A DNA stretch of 63,933 nt, counting the filler, from Folioceros fuciformis (lineage: Eukaryota): NCBI GenBank assembly GCA_049999805.1. It is 11 parts of 11 records of this genome, joined end to end, with 100 filler letters (N's around TTAATTAATTAA, not from the genome) between each part and the next. Parts side by side here need not be neighbours in the genome. Positions count along the whole stretch, not along the records: positions 1 to 10,914 come from JBNGIO010003008.1; positions 11,015 to 16,746 come from JBNGIO010003009.1; 9 more parts are not named here. One strand, written 5' to 3'. Made by a program: the position numbers and the translations under genes. This document shows positions 1 through 11,405 of this stretch, piece by piece; the stretch's first letter is position 1; each line of letters opens with the position of its first letter. The notes under the pieces are model-generated. The model was not told the origin of the DNA, searched no databases, and worked only from the letters and a program-made list of their open reading frames with translations.

Positions 1-2177
1 TTCCCACGCTAACACGCCAAAGCGTCCTGCCAACGTCCCGCCTGCCGCAGGTGATGCTGGATCTGCCCGATTCCCGCGCCTCCTGCCTAGATCCATTTTT
101 TGTGCTGCGAATCCGCCTGGATCTTGAATGTCCGCTTGCTTTTTGGTGACTGCGGGGTGTCTGCGTCCTGTGTGTGCGCAACCCGTGGATTGTGATCCTT
201 GTGCAAATTCCCTCCGCTTGCTGCTGGCGTCTGTCTGTGTCATTCGCGTTTAGGTTGTAGCGGGAGGCTGGATATTCGCGGTTAGGTTGTGCCGGTATGC
301 TGGTTGTTGTGTATCGGGCCCGGGCTTGGGGCAGGACCTTGCCGGATCTGTGGTAATTGTATGAGGCGGCCGCGGATCGTGCCCCTCCTCTTGTGATGCT
401 TTGCGTACAGGATTTCCAAATTCGTAGCTGTGATTCTGTCCCGCGGGGAGTAGTTCGGCTGGCTTCCGAATTTGTTCTCCTCTCCCGGAGGACTCTCGCC
501 TTTTGCGCCCTTCTCCTGACTTTCTTCGCTGTGTGTCGCAGAGAATGTGAGCAACGCTCAATCTAGTGTACGGTTTCTTATATCCAACGCAGCAGCCGGA
601 TCGGTTATAGGAAAGGGTGGCGCCACCATTAGCGATTTCCAATCACAATCAGGGTCCAGAATTCAGCTCTCCCGTAATCATGAGTATTTTCCAGGGACTA
701 CCGATCGCATTATTCTACTCAGCGGCACTATTAGTGAAGTGTTGACGGCTCTACATCTCATCCTCACTAAGATCCTCAATGAGGTACGTCCAGCTTCGAA
801 GCTTGTTGTTGTTCGCCAAGGTGATCAGTTCGTGCAAGTACTTGCTGGATCGCCTACCGTCACAGCGCCAAATTCACTTGCACCTGAATCAGGTGAACGT
901 GGCTGAGGATGAGCATGAGGCTGAGCAGAAGCCGAATCAAGTCAGGCTTGTGGTGCCGAACAATGTTTGTGGAGCTATTATTGGCAAGGGTGGTGCCACG
1001 ATCAAGTACGGTGTCAGAAGCCCTTTCCTTTTCTCATCTTTGCGGGATGATAGTGACATCTCTGGCCTATTAAGCAAATTCCATGGTAATTCATGCCGTG
1101 GTCAGTAACCATGGCTGACCTTGTTTCCCAGATCAATGGTGGAGGATTCTCGAGCCAACATAAAGCTCTCATCTCAGGATCAGGCCTTGACTGGAATTAG
1201 CGACAGAGTGGTGACAATCACTGGGACTTTGGATCAACAACTTAGAGCAGTTGCCCTTATTATAACAAAGCTTTCAGAGGATCCTACCTATGCTCAGTAC
1301 GCAAACGCTCCAATCTCGTATCCCGGTACAGCTACATTTATCTGGTTTGAAGCTTCAACATGTTCATTGTGTGAGTTTTTTAAGCACCTCACCAGGTGAC
1401 GAGTGTGTCTTGCTCTAGGGTCTGGCGTGTTGAGTCTACAGAACATCCGAACCCGCTTTGCAGCCGCCTCACTCAATGCTGGGTACGCCATGCCCATCTC
1501 TCCGCCGCCATATCAACTGACTCCTACTTTTGGAAGCCGGGCAAAGGTAAACGTTCTCACATGCTTGTAATGTTTACAGCTTGCCTCGCCAGGTCACTCG
1601 GTGTTTGGCTTGAAAGTGCGGATAGAAGTGACAGCTATTTCCTTGTGGTTGTTCACAGGGTTTGATGTCCCCATTGTCATCTAGGTCGCCTGTTCAAATT
1701 ACTTTACCTGTTGTACAAGAGGGGCCTTTGACCACGTCCTTAACTGTGGCTGTGCCTGATGAAAGAATTGGGGCAATAGTAGGTCGTGCTGGGAAAACCA
1801 TAACAGAAATCCAGCAGGTAAGTTCAATATTGTTTCTTGTTGATCATCCCTTTAACAGCCTGGCTCATGATTATTTTTGGCTTTGTCATTGCCTCCTCAA
1901 TGTGACAGGCAAGTGGAGTGAGGATCAAAATATCAGACCGTGGAGACTTTCTTGCAGGCACGAAAGACAGGTTAGTTGTATGACCTCCTATCGGCTATGT
2001 TTTGGCGCAGCACCAAAGAATTATCCCCCCACTCCTAGGACAGTGTCATTGAGTGTATTGGAGGTATTTTGCTGCAGGAAAGTCACAATCTCGGGGACCG
2101 CAGAAGGTGTGCGGCTGGCACAGCACCTTTTAACTCAGAAGGTCCAGCAAAGTATGGTATCTGATTTTGAAAGGTGA
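1..2177 (+). CDS. BTR1: BTR1/NOVA-like triple-KH-domain RNA-binding protein (5' partial)
   Basis: Exons <1-50, 542-783, 893-1005, 1132-1325, 1419-1546, 1659-1817, 1909-1970, 2078-2177; all introns GT-AG and in phase. Three KH GxxG motifs (VIGKGG, IIGKGG, IVGRAG); [26 protein letters not shown] and IKISDRGDF match plant BTR1. Start codon lies upstream of the window. Confidence 0.92.
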
Positions 2178-3199
2178 GAAGCCATGCTCAGTATGCTATG
2201 TTGGTGGTAGTGAAAGCAAGTTCGTGCAACAACTTTACCCGTGTGACACATAGTGAGATAGCCAGGCTGTGAAGGTGGCAAATACGAAGAACTGGAAAAT
2301 CTGAAAGTTGCTGATTGGTGGTATGCAGACTGACTGAACACGTTCTAGTTTTCTTTATGGAATATCTCTTGAAATTATTATGCTATTATTAATAGGCATC
2401 ATGATTTCATACTACTTTTTGGAGTTGTTAATGAATATGTGGGTCTGTCGGTTACAACACTTGTTGCAGTATTAGTTTTTAATGGCCGGATCTGAACTTT
2501 TTGGTGCACTGACCGACGACATGTTGTTGCAGTGGGAGAATGTCTCCAACTCCAGCTTATCTGTAGCTTGCAGTCCATCTTCTGTGCTCTGTTGCGTGAA
2601 GGTGCATGGAACAGTCCAGGCTGGGCGTGATTCACAGGGTGGTACCGGGCTTCAGATGGTCGGACTCAAAATTTTGGCTGTGCGCCGTGGTCTTATCTTC
2701 ACATCTTCTCTCTCAGCATCTAGGAATTGTTTTTATGATTCGTGACCATTTCAAACTTTGAAGTGAGACTGACATTCTAAAATATAAAATGGACCTCGCT
2801 GTCGCAAGTGTACTTTTGGACAGTAGAGGGTTGCAGGGAGTTTGTTTCAGATTTACATACCTTGAAAAACATAGGGCAGTGAGAAGCACTGAACTCACGC
2901 ATCTAGCTAGGTAATTGTTGTGCTGGGCGTTTCCTTTCTCTGATTGCGTTGATGTCCTACCGACATTGAAGGCTAGAATGATATATAGTTTTCAAGGGCT
3001 CTTGAACTCACTTTCAATAGTGGCAAGCTGCCGAAAAATCTGTTTACTTTTGCCCATTGATCCCGTTACGGGGGGGAGTGACTACCAGGCTCTACAACAA
3101 AACAGGGCATAGCATGTATGCTGTTTCGACTTCAAACGAGACACGTTCCGACGGTGAACTCAAATGTACAAACTGGGCACACGAGAAAACGGCAGCCTT

Positions 3200-6100
3200 C
3201 TAGGCGGCTCCTTTCTGTGCGGATAGCTCTTGATTGACTTTCGCTCGTTCTGCAGCAGGCAAACTGTAGTACTTCTGTCCTGCTCTCCTCTCCCACTGTC
3301 CGAGAAGATAAATAACTTTAGATAACTTTAGGGAGAGTAGATAACACCGTTACAGAAAACACATCGAGGAAAAGAAATTGCTGCACGACCGCCGCAAGGG
3401 AGGCAGCTGTCATACCTCTCTGATATCTCTCAAAGAATGGAGTCTTGGCTCATACTGCGGCACAGGCCTAACCTTCCGGTTGTGCTGCACAAATCGCGGA
3501 GAATTTGAGTAACAAGTCAAACAAGGACCCTGGTCCGGATAATATCGCAACTAGTTCAACTTCACAGACTGTTTGACTTCTTCAAACATCACTCATACCT
3601 CCGCAATCAATGCAGCCAGGTCAGATCCTTTTTCTTGAGAGAGAGATGCTCTGATCCCTACACGGTTAAGTGCCTTAGTATTCCTGTTGACAGCAGGAAG
3701 TGCCTTCCTAGAAGCTTCGGAAGGTAGAGCGCACACGCTCCTGCGAAAGGCTGGCCCATTCGAAATTGCCACAACTCGCTGAGATCAAGTAGAAGTCAGT
3801 GTGGGACAAAACGTACATACTAGCAAGAGATTGCATGAGAAGATATAAGCTCACATACCTTTGATGATGGATGGTTTGACAGGCTTTGTCCCATTCTGCT
3901 AGGTCTAGGTACTGCTGTATCGTGGCGACTTTTTGAGAGGTCTCCTAAGAAAACCGGCCGCTTGGTTGAGGGGTCCACAGACCGTCTGACAGCCTCTTTG
4001 TGCTGAAATACGGGCATGCTCATCCTCAATACCTCTTTCTGTTGGAGTTTCGGCCGATCCAAGGTTGTACGAGGCTTGATTGTCACATGGGCAATCTGCT
4101 GAGGTTTGCAAACTGTTTCCAGGCCAAGGTTCTCCTTGTTACCCTTGGGCGGTCTTCCTCTACCAGCATCCTTTGAGAGTGCTCCAGCTTGGGCTTTCGT
4201 CTCTGCATTCAAGAGTTTCCTAGGTTTGGCATTGCTAACTACATGACGGTTGACCGGTTTTCCGTCGGTCATCCCAGCAAGACCACTTGATTTGACATAC
4301 CGCCCTACACTTTTCCCTGTAACATTTGCTGCCTTGAAACTTTCAGATGACGAGTCCAGAGCAGAATTGCAGACTGGAGAACTACCTGAGCAGCTTCCCT
4401 GACCTACTGATGTGCCCCCGACATGTGGCAACGTCCTCCGTCGTGATATTCTCTCATCCTTGCACGATTCAGCGGGCCTCATACATGACTCATGTTCACC
4501 TCTTGCAACAGACACACTGGAACATCCACTTTCCATAGAGAGATCATAGCTTTTCTCCTGTTGAGATATTTCGCCATCCTCGTTCATGTCCAGCCTTATA
4601 GTCCTACTGTCATCAGCTGCTTCAACTGCAGGCTGGTTCTCATTCTGCTCCTGTTTCACACGCAGCGCAGCACCCCAACCCTTCCACATCGGAAATGTCT
4701 TGAAAGTTTCATCTCCCTGGCATGAGCCATTCCCTTCACCCTCCCAACCCAAGGCGGCCGGATCTACGGCTTCCATGGAATGAAACCCTTCAACTGCCTG
4801 AGATGGAGTTCTGTCGTCCTTGACAGCCGTGTCCAGCCTGTCAAATCTGCTGTCATCACCTACCTCAACTGCAGGTAGCTCTACAACATCATCTTGCTTC
4901 ACACGCAGAGCACCTCCCCAACTCTTCCGTAGTCTGTCTGACTGAAGAGGCTCGTCCCTCTGACATGAGATTGCTCCATGTACTCCTCCTGCTTCTTCTC
5001 CTAATTGCACACCAACGTTTGAAACATAGTCAAATCGATCTCCTGGTTGGGGACCCTCACCATCCATCAGCATGCGCAGGCCCTCGTCAGGGACTTCTAA
5101 GTGTTCTTCCTGCTTCACACGGAGTGCACCTCCCCAGCTCTTCCTTAGTCTGTTTGTCTGAAGAGGCCCGTCCATCTGACATGAGACTACTCCTTCTACT
5201 TGTACACCAGCATCTGGAACTAAGTGATATCGCTCTCCTGTTTGAGCTCCCGGACCATCCACAAGCACGTGCAGGCTCTCATCAGGGACCTCTAAGTGCT
5301 CATCCTGCTTCACACGGAGTGCGCCTCCCCAGCTCTTCCGCAACCTGTTCGATGCATTCTGCTTCAGAGCTAGGGAGATCTGAGCAGACCAATCTGGAAT
5401 GGGCTTTCTATACTCATCTGGGATTGGTTCAGGCTGTTCCAAGCCATGAAATTCAAGTGCACTACGATGAGCTTCTCCCTGTGCCAGCTCCTCAGTATTC
5501 TCCACTGCGGCTGTTGATGTGCAAGACGAATCTGGCAAATCTCCACTCGATTGCTTGACATTCAAGTCATAGTCTCGGCATACACTGGGCTCAGAATCAT
5601 GAACTTCTGATATGCCGAAGTACTTCCTCCGGACTTGGGTTAAACTTGTAGAGGACCCCACACTTTCCAGGGAAATTTTGGCAGCCCGAACTGGTGAAAG
5701 GTAAAAACTGTTGCCTGGGTTGAAAGATTCGCTACTACCCTCTTTGCTTGTCGAATTGAAGGCTGTGCCAAGCACAGTAGACTCGGTTGTCGAACACGGC
5801 CTGAGGGATCAGATGATTCGTAAGCAAAAACCCGCGGCAGGCACAAGACGAGAGCCAATCTTTCAGGGGGAATAACTGCACACCTCTCAGAGTCAGAGTC
5901 GCCGTTGAGACAGACTGGCTGAACCCTCTTTGAGCTCCTCCCATTGGAAGGCTTTTGCCGTTCCCAAGCCTCTCCTCTGAGACCTTCAGCAGGTGCCTTG
6001 GACTCTTTAGGTGCTGCAACTGCTGACTTCTTCCTTTGTACTGATCGAGGGGCGGGAGGTGGAGGAGGCGAAGCGAGGTCCACAAGGTACAACAACGGAG

Positions 6101-6633
6101 TCTCGTGATGCCTATGAGCCGAGAACTGAGGTCAGAATCAACTGTCAGTCTGCTGACAAGTACGACGCACACTGGAAGGTACAAGAACATACCAATGACT
6201 CGTATGGAACCAGGGATCGTCTCTGAAAGCAACACAACGGTACAAAAACTATGCAGGTCAGCCTCTCACACACGCAAGGATTAAAAAAATACGATTCAAG
6301 ATCCTGATCGCCGGCATACATTCAAGTACCTACCCTTCACACCCCTCCAAAGCCGCCTCCAACGTGAGGTCCACCCATTTCGGTGCATCAATATCCTCCT
6401 GCACAGATCCAGGAACCAATTTTGCCTTAAATCCTCCCTCCGAGAACAATTGCAGAATCAACGCGCCCCTCCAGGCACCACATCTTGCTAACCAAATCAC
6501 GCTGGCTGAACAAAATCCTAAACCCTGGTCCGCGGGAAATGCAGTACAGTAGTACCAAGAAAGCCCAGTGATCATCAGGCGGCTTCAGCGTCGCATGAGC
6601 GGCAGCCAGCTCAAATGCGTGCCTGGCCAGCAT
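3200..6633 (-). CDS. Uncharacterised ~895-aa protein with TPX2-like N-terminal motif, internal repeats and KEN box
   Basis: Exons 6633-6556, 6398-6334, 6222-6193, 6111-5884, 5800-3859, 3778-3599, 3484-3416, 3295-3200 (2688 nt, in frame, all GT-AG). N-terminus DDHWAFLEDIDAPKWVDLTLEA...DDPWFHTSHW; four (R)KSWGGALRVKQ-type repeats; C-terminus HNRKVRPVPQYEPRLHSLRDIREWERRAGQKYYSL. Start ATG is the best guess. Confidence 0.8.
4650..5345 (-). repeat. Intragenic tandem duplication, 4 units of ~190-245 bp
   Basis: Plus-strand motif tgcttcacacg(g/c)ag.gc.cctcccca recurs near 5306, 5111 and 4895, with a degenerate copy near 4652; encodes RLRKSWGGALRVKQ three times and MWKGWGAALRVKQ once. Confidence 0.85.
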
Positions 6634-7400
6634 GTCTGCGCCCAAGCTTGTAGAAACCCCGGCCCGCTCCTCACAGGATCATCCCGCTCCGGGCCTCACC
6701 CGCGCATCGCTCCTGTGCGCAAGAATCACAACCGAGCAGCTCCACTCCAAGTCCAGAGGCCCGCAGGCACAAGAAATCCTCGTCCCTCCCCGATCCGCAG
6801 CACGCTCTGGCGCGCCGGCCGTACGTCCATCCGCTGCGTCCCGAATGCCATGCCAGACTCCCCGCCCCCCGGTCCAGCGCCACACAAGAAGCAGCGGGAC
6901 GCATCGAGCTGCCCCCTCCCGACCTCCCCAGCCAGCACCAGCAAGAAGCTCACAATCCAGCTCCCGCCGCACCAGTCCGGCGCGATGTCCCACACGCCGC
7001 GCGCAATGCCTGGGCAAGAAGCAACGCACCAGCCGCAAGACACGCACGCATGCGGCCTCGCAATTCTGAAAGCAGGCAGCGGCGATCGGATTCGGCGCAG
7101 AGGCTCGCAAGTCGGTCCCGGGTGCACGAGGGAGCGGGAGGCTCAGGGACGCACTTCCGGATGCATTTCCCAAATCAAAGCAGAGATGGCGCAGAAGCCG
7201 CCTCGTCTTCCCGCTAAGAGCTGCACGACAAGCGGCAGAGCTTCGCTGGCAGGAGAGCGGTCTCGACGGGAGCAAGCGCCCGGGCTATGGCTCCCCGCCT
7301 GGGCCAGGGGGCTGCAAGGGCAACTGCGGCCGCGAGTAGGCCTGGCGAGCTGTCGACGGCGTCAGAGCTGCAGGCGTGTGGGAAGGCCGGGAGCTCAAGC

Positions 7401-7482
7401 ATTCAAACGGCAATTCAACGGCGTTCCCAGAGCAAGAGAGTGCTGGCCAGCCTCGGGACCTGCGGCTTTTGCGAACCGTTGG
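7401..7482. promoter_or_regulatory. Cluster of MSA-like (AACGG) elements plus CHR-like TTTGAA
   Basis: AACGG at 7406-7410 and 7417-7421, CCAACGG on the minus strand at 7476-7482, TTTGAAT on the minus strand at 7401-7407; upstream of the minus-strand gene starting at 6633. Confidence 0.5.
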
Positions 7483-7954
7483 CTTCGTTAATCCGAGAGC
7501 TAATTCCCATGGGCCGGCATGTGATTGCGTAACGCCAGGTGGCGGGAGGTGGGCCGGCCCTCCGGCCTCCGGGACACTTTTCACATGTTGTCACGACAGC
7601 GCCATGATCTGACACCTACAAACAGGGAGCCGCACATTTATAATATTCATACTTTACTCTGAGTGTAAATTGAGAATTCCGAATATCACGACGTCGGATT
7701 ATTGTTGTTGTTGATTGATGTACATACTGTACTAGTTGCATGGGTTTATCCCAATAAAGCCTCCGAGCATTTTATTTTGAACATTGAGCGATTATTTTAT
7801 TAAAAATACATATATAAAATTTTATGACCTTTCTCTTCACCTTCCTACCACACACACTGTAATCAAACGAACAGCACTTCACTGTAAATTCGGAGTTTGT
7901 AGTGCTGCTAGCAACAGAGCTTGGCTTCCCTGGCCTACGTCTTCCTCGCAAATA

Positions 7955-8250
7955 GGATGAGGCCGGGGAGGCCTGGGTCAGGCATGACTGTGCACAAGGA
8001 TTGAACCCGACAAGGGCAGTCGATCGGCCGATCTTGCATCCGTTGAGCATTGGAGCTGTAGGAGAAGAGGTCATGTCCCTCTGATCGCCTTCGACTCCTT
8101 TGGAGATCGCAGAGTAAGCAGCGCTGCTAGCAGAGCTTGTCCTCCCCGGCTACTGTCTTCCTTCCATTAGCAAGCATATTTGGGATGGTGAGGCCGGGGA
8201 GGCCTGGGTAGGCATGGCTGGTTACAAGGGTTGAATCGACAAGGGCAAGC
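7955..8250. repeat. Imperfect direct repeat (~65 bp, 2 copies)
   Basis: gaggccggggaggcctgggt(c)aggcatg...acaagg.ttgaa..cgacaagggca at ~7959-8018 and ~8190-8248. Confidence 0.75.
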
Positions 8251-8399
8251 CTTGTGCAGTCTGCTTGTGGCCATACTTTACGGTTGCAGAAACGGTCTAG
8301 AATGCTAGCCAATCTGAACTTCGGCTTGCGGCAAGTGGGAGTACCTTTTGGTTTGCCAGGTTTCCAGCATGCCTTCTCTGCCAGAGGGAGTTGGACTGG

Positions 8400-10190
8400 G
8401 CATCAACCATAATATGTACTGTAGTAATGAACCTAGCTATGATGGCAAACCCTAATACAGTCAGACCCATGAGTGCCTACAGCTGTTGAGGGAGGGTCAA
8501 CTGTGATTAAATCTTTGGCCACTCTGAAAACAATTTGCCAGTTGCAGGCATGCGCAGGTGAGTACACCGAGTGGTGTTTCTTCCATCACCTAGACCAAGC
8601 AAGTTTGGATAGATGGTACCTGTTGCCGATTTGTGCTCACAAGCTTAGATTTGTTTGCTAGCTGCAGTCGAGCTTTGGAGTCTCGACCCCCTCCGCCATT
8701 TGAGCAAGTAACCACATAAGTGCTATGGATATGGCCAGATGGTGCCACCTTTTGCTCCGTCGAATTGTCTTGTGCAGTCAATGGAGTCTTGACTTCCATA
8801 TGATCCCTTCAAATGTTTGCGGCAATAATTTATCCATGAAAAATCTAGGTAGGCAGCTGCATGCCACTTGCACTGCATACCTTGTCGGCTGTATGAAAAT
8901 AATTCTGGTGAGGTTATAGGGCCTAAGGTGGACGAGTGTAATTCTGGCGAGTTTATTTGTAGGGCCTTGGACTGCGCAAAGTTCTGTCAATGGCTTCAAT
9001 TCAGCTACATTTCTAGTTCAGCACAATGTTCGATTTCAACAATTGGTGGAACTCATCAAAGCGTCGGTTTTGGAGCAGCATTTTGGAGCTGGGACAGTCT
9101 CTTATGCAGAATCGAACAGGAGTGACATTTCCTGCTAGAAGCCCTGAGTTTTGGGGAGGTTGCGTATGCTGTGATTGTGTTAAAGGAACCATGTCGGAAC
9201 CTTCGGAGACTGCTGTTGGCCCACCGACGAACCTTGAAGAATTTCAGCATTACAGTTAGCGTAGCAGATTATATTGGACTCGCTGTGACTTCAAAGCTAG
9301 TTGGCTTCTTAGCAGAAAGTTCCAGCCTGGGTGCAGGGATATGGATGGTAATAGGTCACTGAGCCTCAATTGTCTTCCACTGATTTAAAAAGACTATGTC
9401 GTCTTCACTTCAGGCTTGAGCATTGCACTGGTACCGGTGACATTGCCAAGGTGACCGACCGGTCCCAAAAACCTCAGGATGGCACAGTACCTCAAGACCC
9501 TCTACACAGGCAAGCAAACAGAGGTCGGGCAAGAAGCCACGAGGTGAAGAACAAGACAAAGTTTTGGGTGATGACCTAGTGCAGAGTGTGGTGTAGTGTC
9601 CAGTAATTTAAAGTTAGTGCCGCACTGGCAATGTGGCGATCTGGTGGTAGACTGGAAAAGAGCATAGACCACTTAGGTTCCATACCCTGCCTCCATTGCT
9701 CACAGCAGATTCTTGCCAATTCGTCAAGTAGGCTTCCAAAAGTTTGGAATCCCACGTTGACGGTACCTGCCCTTATCAAACTGTGTGCTCCAGAGAGGCG
9801 GGATCCCAGCACATGGTCGGTATTCCTTGGGACAAGGCCACTTCTCGACGCAGCGTGCATGCAGGATTTGGCGGCAGTTGGAAGGCATGGCTGGAATGGG
9901 TGATGGTGATATGGACACGAAATCCACTGCAAACCCAAGCTTGGAAATAGCATTAATGGTCTACTATGCATTGTACTCGGATGGTGGAGAGCGCAAAATC
10001 CAGGGAAAGCACTTGCCACAACAAAGGGAGTTGGAACTGACGGATCGCGGTATACAGGAAATTTTGACCTCCCGAGGACGTTGCTAGCGTTTCCGAAGTA
10101 GCAAGCACAAAAGAGTATATTTAATTCAAGCAAGCACACGATGTTTGCATAAGTATTGAGAAAATCTAGTTCAATATCAAGCACCACTTC
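8400..10190 (-). mobile_element. Highly degenerate transposon-like relic (possible SWIM/MULE-type)
   Basis: Fragmented frames; around 8810-8870 the minus strand reads ACSC..DF..INYC.KHL across a frameshift, resembling a SWIM zinc finger. No termini identified. Confidence 0.25.
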
Positions 10191-10459
10191 CAGATCTCAT
10201 GACAAGTCCATGCCCAGCGAGCAGTCTTCAGTTTGTCCCATACCTATTGCGATTCAATGAACGATGCGACTGGAATATACACTTGCTTCCCCCGACATCC
10301 CTCGGCACCTACTATACACAAACGGAACACGAGCATGGATCAATTCACGCCCCTGGAACTGCACAGCGCTCACAGTGGCTGGAACATGAGGTATGTGGAA
10401 GACCACACGGTTGAGAGCGCGTTGAAAATGCCAATGGCTAGCAGCGCTTGTCATGACAG

Positions 10460-10873
10460 CTAGGAATGACTGATCTGGAAGGTGAAGAATCCAGAGCCGA
10501 TGGATCCAGAAACGCGGGCTGTGCCATTCACAGTCACGACGCAATTGGCGAGGATGATGTTGAGGCTGTTTCCGGCGTTGTCGCAGGTGGTGCAGGTGCC
10601 CTGCGAGCCACAGATTTGGACGGACGCAGTACCTGACACGACCAGAATGGTGCACCCGGACGAGTTGATCTGGCAGCACTGAGACGACCCGATGTTACGC
10701 ACGTACTGAACGCAGACGTTGACGTCGACCTGTATGGGTGAGTTGGCGTTGGTGTTGCACGACTGCGCCATCGCCACAGGCGCTGTCGCTGCCACGCACA
10801 GCGCCAACACGACGAACGCCTCCACGATCATGCCGCTCGCCGATGCGTTAGAGGAAGCAAATGTCTCGGCCAT
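10460..10873 (-). CDS. Intronless small secreted cysteine-rich protein (fungal KP4/Ecp2-like Cys pattern)
   Basis: ATG 10873 (137 aa) or 10831 (123 aa), TAG 10462-10460. Hydrophobic signal peptide MIVEAFVVLALCVAATAPVAMA-Q; ~100-aa mature part with 9 Cys; strongly GC3-biased codons. Confidence 0.8.
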   Translation of the reverse strand: MAETFASSNASASGMIVEAFVVLALCVAATAPVAMAQSCNTNANSPIQVDVNVCVQYVRNIGSSQCCQINSSGCTILVVSGTASVQICGSQGTCTTCDNAGNSLNIILANCVVTVNGTARVSGSIGSGFFTFQISHS

Positions 10874-10914
10874 TCTGGCAGCTGCTGGGTGATTCCTCAA
10901 AGCACGTCCCTCAA

Positions 10915-11014
10915 NNNNNNNNNNNNNNNNNNNNNNNNNNNNNNNNNNNNNNNNNNNNTTAATTAATTAANNNNNNNNNNNNNNNNNNNNNNNNNNNNNN
11001 NNNNNNNNNNNNNN
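10915..11014. other. Artificial contig spacer
   Basis: N44-TTAATTAATTAA-N44; stops in all six frames. Confidence 0.98.
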
Positions 11015-11269
11015 CTATACAATAAGGAACAGCCTTAATAAAAATAATATTAATCACCAAAGTCTTGATGACTTGATCAAGCTTAATAAAATGCAAGTAA
11101 GGCGCGACGCTCATCAATACTATAATGAACAAAAACAAGCAAATCTTGCTAAGGAACAAATATCCTTAGAGCGAAATAATAGAAACTCCAGGCATGGAAA
11201 TAATAGAGCAGCAAGACGAAATGCACCCTACTCAGCATCCAAGGTTCGTAACTAGCCACTTTCCTATGT

Positions 11270-11405
11270 CATGTTAGGTGCATAAGTACGAAGGGCAACT
11301 TGTACATTGCATATTTTATGCTACCTTGTGTGGCACACTATGGTATACCATGTTAGGTACATAAGTATGTAGTACACCTTGTACATTGCATATTTTATGT
11401 TGCCT
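11270..11405. repeat. Short tandem duplication (~79-bp period)
   Basis: atgttaggt(g/a)cataagta...cttgtacattgcatattttatg occurs twice. Confidence 0.7.

Noticed and set aside
1391-1418. Alternative acceptor at 1395 in the BTR1-like gene
   Set aside because: Its use gives an in-frame TAG at 1416-1418, and there is no evidence it is used.
4965-5558. 197-aa plus-strand ORF with a signal-like Leu run
   Set aside because: Antisense shadow of the repeat-containing exon.
6568-7491. 307-aa plus-strand ORF and overlapping ORFs
   Set aside because: GC-rich promoter/UTR region with several frames open, Arg/Pro/Ala-biased, no recognisable motif, and overlapping the first exon of the minus-strand gene.
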